Part shown: positions 58,422-64,000 of the stretch, one piece after another
How positions within the stretch are numbered: the stretch's first letter is position 1
Layout: every line of letters starts with the position of its first letter
Source of the DNA: Limnothrix sp. BL-A-16
Lineage (GTDB): Bacteria; Cyanobacteriota; Cyanobacteriia; CACIAM-69d
Assembly (NCBI GenBank): GCA_041937175.2
Contig: CP166615.1
Coordinates: 2,016,001-2,080,000 of the forward strand
Length of the DNA stretch: 64,000 nt
Reading direction: 5' to 3'
The notes under the pieces: generated by a model
What the model was told of the DNA's origin: nothing
The model's input: the letters and a program-made list of their open reading frames with translations, nothing else
Database searches by the model: none
Made by a program: the position numbers and the translations under genes

Positions 58422-61400
58422 CTAGACCGCCGCTTGCCCGATCGAGGGGTGATTGGCTCGCACACAATAGCGATCGCGCCCGGCCTGCTTGGCACAGTAA
58501 AGGGCGGAATCGGCCATGGCAATCAGGGTCGCAGGTTTGCAGTCACTGCTAGGCACGAGGCAAGACACGCCAATGCTGACTGTCACAAAGGGGGCCACAA
58601 TCGATCGCTCATGGGGCAGTTGACGACCACGGATCCGGGTGCGGACTTGATGGGCAATGGCGATCGCCCCTTCCAAGGGAGTTTCCGGCAAAATAATCGC
58701 AAATTCCTCTCCCCCGTAGCGAGCCACCAAATCCGCCGGACGGCAAATCATGTCTGCCAACACCCGCGCCACTTGAATCAGGCAATCATCACCGGAGGGA
58801 TGGCCATAGCAATCGTTGTAGGCCTTGAAGCAGTCCACATCCAACAACAACAGGCTCAGGGGACGACCCGATCGCGCCAAGCGGGCCCACTCCCGCGCCA
58901 GGTGCTCATCGAATCCCCGTCGATTGGCCACTTGGGTTAGCCCATCCAGTTGCGCCAGGCGGGTTAGTTCTTGGTTGGCCCGCTGGAGTGCCTGTTCGGC
59001 CCGTTGCCGCTCCAAAATTTGAATTTCGAGCTGACGATTCGACTCAATCAGGGCTGCGGTGCGATTGGCCACTTCCGCTTCCAGCGATCGGGAATAGTTG
59101 GCCAGAATGGTGGCGGTTTTTTGGCGCTCGGTGATGTCTTGAAAGGTGACCACCGCATAGGTGACCTGCCCCGCTTCATCGGTGATGGGCACAGCCCGCA
59201 TTTCAAAGGGAATGCGCCTGCTGCCCCGATCGAGTTCAATGGTCTCCGTCACGGCCGCTTGGCCCGTTGCGCCCAACTGCACCGGGATCTGAGCCAGCTC
59301 AATGGGTTGATCGGTTCCGGCCCGATACAGGCGATCGGCCAGCGATACCGACAAGGGCGCAGCCGAATTTAAACTCGGGTCTAAGTTCGGATCTAAATTC
59401 AGCAGTTGTCGCCCCAAGCTGTTCAGGTAGAGCAGATCGCCCCCCGCTTGATAGACCGCCACCCCCACAGGCAACGCATCCAGAAACAGGGCAATTTTTC
59501 GCTCATGCTCGGCGGCCACTCGCTGTTGTTGCAGTTGCAGTTGGCGCACCTGCAAATGGGCCCGGGTGCGGGCAATCAGTTCGCTGGCCGTTACCGGTTT
59601 GGTGAGGTGATCATTAGCCCCTGCTGCCAAGCCGGCCACAATTTCTTGAGGACAGGCTCGCTCGCTTAACAGGACGATCGGCAAGGCCTGCGGCGACCAG
59701 GTTTGGCGCAACTGAGCAATCACCTCGTAACCCGTGAGATCGGGCATTCGCAAATCTAGCAACAGCAAGTCAGGCACAGGGCCTTGTTGAATTTGGGCCA
59801 GGGCCGATCGCCCGCTGAGGGCCACAGACACCCGAAACCCCGGTTCCAACGCCAACCAGTTGGCCAGCCCTTGCAAAATCAACGGATCATCATCCACCAC
59901 CAGGATGTGAGATGGCAGCAAATTGGGATCGGCGGTGGTTGGGGGCTGGGGCTGGGGCGCTGTCCAATGGTGGCTGGGGGCGATCTGGAGGGTGGGGGAT
60001 CCCTCTGTCCAGGCGATCGGGATTGTGAAACTGATGCGCTCGCGGGTTGTGGGAGCAGCAGTCGTTGTGCGATCTCCCGAGGAACTCTCCGGATGATTTC
60101 CCGAGTGATCCCCCCAGCCATGGCCGCAGACATCCCCCAAAGCCAGAGTTCCCCCATGTAATTCCACCAGGCGCTTGGTGATGGTTAAGCTCAGGCCACC
60201 AATGGAATCTAACTGAGCTGGCTCTAGGACTAGGGACGGGGGAGAATCAGCCATCATGGGCAGCACCGCACCCCCCTGAGCAAGGGCCGACTCTTGCCCC
60301 CAAGACCCGATCGCCGGTTCCGGGCCCCGATCGAGCGTTGACACCCGCACCATATCTTGCTCAGACAAAAACTCAGCCGTAATCAGAATCTGTTGGCCCG
60401 CAGTCTGTTGAATTGCATAGTCCAATAGATTCAGCAAAATTTGCTGGAGCCGATCGGGGTCGGCCATTACTGGCGGCAACTGGTCAGGAATTTGCATCAC
60501 CATGGTCAGATGCCGTCGATCGGCCAGGGGCTGCAACATCGTGATCGCCACCTGCACCGCCGATCGCAAATCGATCGCCTGCGGATCCAAACGCACATCC
60601 CCGTAACGCAACCGCGCCACATCCAGCAAATCATTCACCAAGTTTTGCAGGCGCTGATTACTGGTCAACAACAGTTCCAAATTCGTTTTTTGCAGGGAAG
60701 TCAGCGGGCCGCCCGTCCCCCGCAACAAAGACTCCACAATCGCAATCATCCCCGCCAAGGGCGACCGCAAAGCATGGGAAGTACTGGCCAAGAACTCATC
60801 CTTGAGCCGATCGATCCGTCGTAGCTCCTGATTTTGGGCCGTCAGTTGAATAAAAGCCCCCTCCACGCAATTGGCCATGAAGTTAAAGGCCCGGGCCAAT
60901 TCCCCCAGGCGATCGGGGCGATCGTCCCCCGTCACCCGTCGCTGCCACTGGCCACTGGCCAACGCTTGGGCCGCCTCATGCACCTCCATCAACGGCCGCG
61001 TCACCCAATGGGCCAAACCCCAGCCCGTCAACCCCGCCAGCACCATTGCACCGCCACACAACCCCCAAATCAGCCACAGGTTGTGCTCCAGGGGACTGCT
61101 ATAGACCTGATGGGGAGTCACCACCACCAACCACCAGTCCAAACCGCTGGCATCGTTGAACGGCCGCAAAAAAACGGCGTACTGTTCCTCATCGACCGTC
61201 ATGGTGGCCTGGCGATCCTGAAGCGGTTGCTGACCCTGAATTAACCGCATCGCGGCCCGGGCCGCCTCCGCCGTCACGGGGTTTTCGCTGTTGGTGGCTG
61301 CCAGGCGCTGGCGACCCCCTCCAGCCAACGGCAGCACCACCGGTTTTTCCCCCGTGGAAGCAGCAATTAAATGGCCGCTCCGTTCCAAGATCAGGAGTTG

Positions 61401-62126
61401 CCCCGGCTTTCCCGCCTGCATCGTGGCCAGCCGTTGCCCCAGATGCGAAAGCCGCAACCCCGCCATTAACACGCCTAACGGATTGCCCCGATCGCCCCAC
61501 AACGGTTGAGTCACACTTAAATAAGTTGTAGTTTTCTGAAAGGGGGGATCAATAATGCTCCAAGTGGGTTCCCCTGTCCCGACCGCCATTCGATACCAAG
61601 GTTGCTGTCGAAAATCTGGATTGGGAACGTTGGGCAAACAATCAACCTGGGCCTGGCGATCGCCCTGATGGTTCACGAGATAGCGACAAAGCTCCCCGGT
61701 GCCGGTAGTGCTACGGATCAGCAGCTTGCCCCGACTGTGACGCTCAACCCCCGTAAACTCCCCGGTGGCCGTTGCGAATCCCACCCAATCCACATCATCA
61801 CTGGTAATCACCTGATTCCACAGGTAGCGATCGAGTTGAACCCCTTGGGGCATGGTGTTGGTTTGTTGAATTCGCTGGCCTGCGACCGGGCGCAAATTAT
61901 TCGCATTCCGTTGGTTCGCATCTTGCAACCCGCGCAAGACCTCCTGCAACAGGTCATCGGCGCGCTCGGCCGTATCTCGCTGCATTTGCGCCAACACGCC
62001 CAAAATGGACGATTTGCCGCCGGCATAGGACAAATATCCCACCAAGCTCACGATCACCAAGATTTGCGCCATAAATGGCACAACCAACACGATCGGGAGT
62101 GGCAAACGTCGCAACTGCTGAATCAT
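58422..62126 (-). CDS. Multi-domain diguanylate cyclase: Cache-HAMP-(degenerate)HK-REC-PAS-GGDEF
   Basis: DFRQQPWY Cache-like motif, HAMP, TSHALRSPL, eroded HATPase, REC (LLLLDLRMP), PAS, coiled coil, LDGLTQVANR, RPADLVARYGGEEF. Confidence 0.9.
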   Translation of the reverse strand: MIQQLRRLPLPIVLVVPFMAQILVIVSLVGYLSYAGGKSSILGVLAQMQRDTAERADDLLQEVLRGLQDANQRNANNLRPVAGQRIQQTNTMPQGVQLDRYLWNQVITSDDVDWVGFATATGEFTGVERHSRGKLLIRSTTGTGELCRYLVNHQGDRQAQVDCLPNVPNPDFRQQPWYRMAVGTGEPTWSIIDPPFQKTTTYLSVTQPLWGDRGNPLGVLMAGLRLSHLGQRLATMQAGKPGQLLILERSGHLIAASTGEKPVVLPLAGGGRQRLAATNSENPVTAEAARAAMRLIQGQQPLQDRQATMTVDEEQYAVFLRPFNDASGLDWWLVVVTPHQVYSSPLEHNLWLIWGLCGGAMVLAGLTGWGLAHWVTRPLMEVHEAAQALASGQWQRRVTGDDRPDRLGELARAFNFMANCVEGAFIQLTAQNQELRRIDRLKDEFLASTSHALRSPLAGMIAIVESLLRGTGGPLTSLQKTNLELLLTSNQRLQNLVNDLLDVARLRYGDVRLDPQAIDLRSAVQVAITMLQPLADRRHLTMVMQIPDQLPPVMADPDRLQQILLNLLDYAIQQTAGQQILITAEFLSEQDMVRVSTLDRGPEPAIGSWGQESALAQGGAVLPMMADSPPSLVLEPAQLDSIGGLSLTITKRLVELHGGTLALGDVCGHGWGDHSGNHPESSSGDRTTTAAPTTRERISFTIPIAWTEGSPTLQIAPSHHWTAPQPQPPTTADPNLLPSHILVVDDDPLILQGLANWLALEPGFRVSVALSGRSALAQIQQGPVPDLLLLDLRMPDLTGYEVIAQLRQTWSPQALPIVLLSERACPQEIVAGLAAGANDHLTKPVTASELIARTRAHLQVRQLQLQQQRVAAEHERKIALFLDALPVGVAVYQAGGDLLYLNSLGRQLLNLDPNLDPSLNSAAPLSVSLADRLYRAGTDQPIELAQIPVQLGATGQAAVTETIELDRGSRRIPFEMRAVPITDEAGQVTYAVVTFQDITERQKTATILANYSRSLEAEVANRTAALIESNRQLEIQILERQRAEQALQRANQELTRLAQLDGLTQVANRRGFDEHLAREWARLARSGRPLSLLLLDVDCFKAYNDCYGHPSGDDCLIQVARVLADMICRPADLVARYGGEEFAIILPETPLEGAIAIAHQVRTRIRGRQLPHERSIVAPFVTVSIGVSCLVPSSDCKPATLIAMADSALYCAKQAGRDRYCVRANHPSIGQAAV

Positions 62127-62840
62127 GAAAACGGTTTTCTGATCAAGGTTTTCTGCTCAATTGAGGTTGCGGCATCATCTAGGCTTGCCAAGCAGCGACC
62201 AAACTCAACCTCGATCCCATCCCAACCCCAGCAACGGTTCACGACAGTAGCCCCTAGCGATAGCTATCTATTCCCACCTGGCGATTGACCGAATTTTGCT
62301 GCACAACGAAACCAACTGCGAGTGATCGATTATCTGAACTCTGTCATTTTAGTGATTTGTGATTACTCTAAACTGACTCAGCAATCAGGGTTTCAGACCC
62401 AGATCACTCGATCGCGGGGTTCCCGTGGGCTAATTTCTTTGAGAATAATCCACCCTAATCAAGGTTTTTCATTCATTGTTTGTCTAAATGTTTTCAAAAG
62501 TGTGAATTATGTTCGGAAATCGCAATTTTTTTGAAATTATTGTGAATCTTGGTTTGTTTTTGGCAATTTCCGCAAAACAAGCCTTGAGGAAATCAATTTT
62601 TCTCAGACAAAAATTTCGTAAGAGTCTTTAGAGTTCCTCAAGATTAAGATAGACCAAATTTGAAAAATCGGGGGCCACCGCCACTCCCTGCGCCGGGGGC
62701 AATTGGTTAATAGCTCACTCTACAAAGATGAGTTGATACAGAAAAATTTACAAAAACAGCCAAGATTCCCAAAATCAGTTCACTCAACTCAAGTTTGATC
62801 GATTCAAGTTCGATCACCATCCCCTAGAACATTTCCCTGA

Positions 62841-62971
62841 GAGGATGTCTGAGAAGTATCTTTCGGCCCGAACTAAGCACCAATAGTCGTGGCAGCAAGG
62901 GGCTTAAGCCCCTTGTTTCCGTCGATCGCTGGAGCATACAGAGTAGCAATTTTGGCTTTTCAGACATCCTC
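62841..62971 (+). mobile_element. MITE family A, copy 4 (131 bp)
   Basis: TIRs gaggatgtctgagaag / cttttcagacatcctc. TGA duplicated (62838-62840, 62972-62974). Palindrome at 62896-62915. Confidence 0.88.
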
Positions 62972-62976
62972 TGAGG

Positions 62977-63744
62977 TCATCTGTTGTTCAAGGCTTCTTC
63001 CAGGGCAACGGTGCGCTGATCAGATAAGCGAATCACACAGCGATCGCCCGTTGATTGCAGACTTTGTTCAAAGGCACAGGCGCGATCACGAAACCGAATC
63101 CAGGCTTCTTCGGCCGCAATCAGGCGCGATCGCTGGCTGCCCGACTGGGCTTGCAACAGGGTTTGGTAGGCCCGATTTAAAGCCGCATCCGCAGCGGGTT
63201 GGCTGAGGCGGCCGGCGGGAGGAGTTGTGCCTTGGCGATAGGCCTGCAAATCGTTCAGCCGCTCCTGGGTCACAATCTCCTTGCAACTCCATTCAATCAA
63301 CGGTTGCATGGAGCCACCTTCAAACTCGCCAGACGCAAAAGCACAGTGGCGATCGCGGAAGGCGATCCAAGCCTGCTGGGCACTCACCAACTGTTGCTGT
63401 TGGGGGGCACTGAGCCGGACGATCGCCCGTTGGTAGGTTTGATTCAAGGTGCGATCGACCCGTTCCCAGCTTTCATAGGCACAGCGGTTCATGGTGGCTT
63501 GATCTTGCGGATCCCGGCAATCCTGAGCCTGGGCCGCAGCGGGCAAAACCCCCACCCCAACAGCCATTCCCACCCCAGCGATCGACCCAACGAACCATAA
63601 CCCCAGCCATCCGGGGGCCGATCGTTGGATTCGCTGCTGGATCCAAGTTGGGAAATGATTGTGCGAATTCATCTGCGAATTTATCTGCGAACTCATTTGC
63701 GAACCAGCTTCTACCGATGATTGCGCCAGTGGGTGGTGCAACAT
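62977..63744 (-). CDS. Lysozyme inhibitor LprI (DUF1311) family protein, two domains
   Basis: Signal peptide; C..PQDQATMNRCA..D..LN..YQ..L..AQQAWIAFRD..C occurs twice. True start probably downstream of 63744. Confidence 0.88.
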   Translation of the reverse strand: MLHHPLAQSSVEAGSQMSSQINSQMNSHNHFPTWIQQRIQRSAPGWLGLWFVGSIAGVGMAVGVGVLPAAAQAQDCRDPQDQATMNRCAYESWERVDRTLNQTYQRAIVRLSAPQQQQLVSAQQAWIAFRDRHCAFASGEFEGGSMQPLIEWSCKEIVTQERLNDLQAYRQGTTPPAGRLSQPAADAALNRAYQTLLQAQSGSQRSRLIAAEEAWIRFRDRACAFEQSLQSTGDRCVIRLSDQRTVALEEALNNR

Positions 63745-64000
63745 GATTCAACCCCCTATTTGCCGACTTATTCAATGCTGATTAGATTCGCTGCCCAGTT
63801 GATGCCTATTCAATCACTTGGGATTTGAAGGGATTGGATTTTGAGGGAATGGGGCATCGAATCTTCAAATCGAATCCTTCAGTTAAATCCATCAATCGAA
63901 TCTGTGGCTCAGAGCCAGGAGCATGATCTAGCGATCAATACTTAGTAATAAATACTTAGCAATGTCAGGTTACTGATCAACTATTTGGATATTTGGATCG

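Larger units (their letters stand above)
1..64000. repeat. HIP1 highly iterated palindrome (GCGATCGC, core CGATCG) dispersed throughout
   Basis: Examples at 442-449, 1040-1047 and 1289-1296, with very many further copies in coding and non-coding DNA. HIP1 is a hallmark of many cyanobacterial genomes. Confidence 0.95.

Noticed and set aside
1..64000. tRNA, rRNA, tmRNA, riboswitch, autonomous transposase, prophage or reverse transcriptase
   Set aside because: No recognisable motifs by eye. An Infernal/Rfam scan would be needed to exclude divergent RNAs.

Overview
Core-genome chromosomal window from a cyanobacterium. Evidence: dense HIP1 GCGATCGC sites, plus ndhD1, ftn2/zipN, cyanobacterial rpoZ, rbfA, gltA-sixA and pdhB. 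It holds about 41 complete CDSs and the 5' end of a probable second-type Mg-chelatase H gene. Housekeeping genes: hisIE, ndhD1, rpoZ, ftn2, pdhB, gpsA, rbfA, tilS, gltA, sixA and an EcfT-like permease. Signalling genes are unusually numerous: four histidine kinases, a kinase-diguanylate cyclase hybrid with a degenerate ATPase domain, two GGDEF-EAL proteins, a GAF-GAF-PAS adenylate cyclase and a PgpH-like HD phosphodiesterase. I saw no tRNA, rRNA, CRISPR array or transposase. The most striking non-coding structure is a nested repeat system. One 20-bp REP-like palindrome (CAAGGGGCTTAAGCCCCTTG, about 12 occurrences including degenerate and half copies) sits inside two MITE-like families with different ends. 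Family A is ~131 bp with 16-bp TIRs GAGGATGTCTGA(A/G)AAG and TNA target duplications. Family B is ~142 bp with GGGGGTGTCGTCATT-type ends and TA flanks. The palindrome also occurs in a 3 x 77-bp array that copied the exbD 3' end, and family-A ends repeatedly abut host TAA stop codons. The most striking protein is a hybrid kinase fusing an MHYT membrane sensor to an insert-Cys cyanobacteriochrome GAF, upstream of a REC-GGDEF-EAL gene. Several start codons were moved from the ORF track to more plausible downstream starts and are unverified. All product calls come from motif recognition by eye; no database searches were run.
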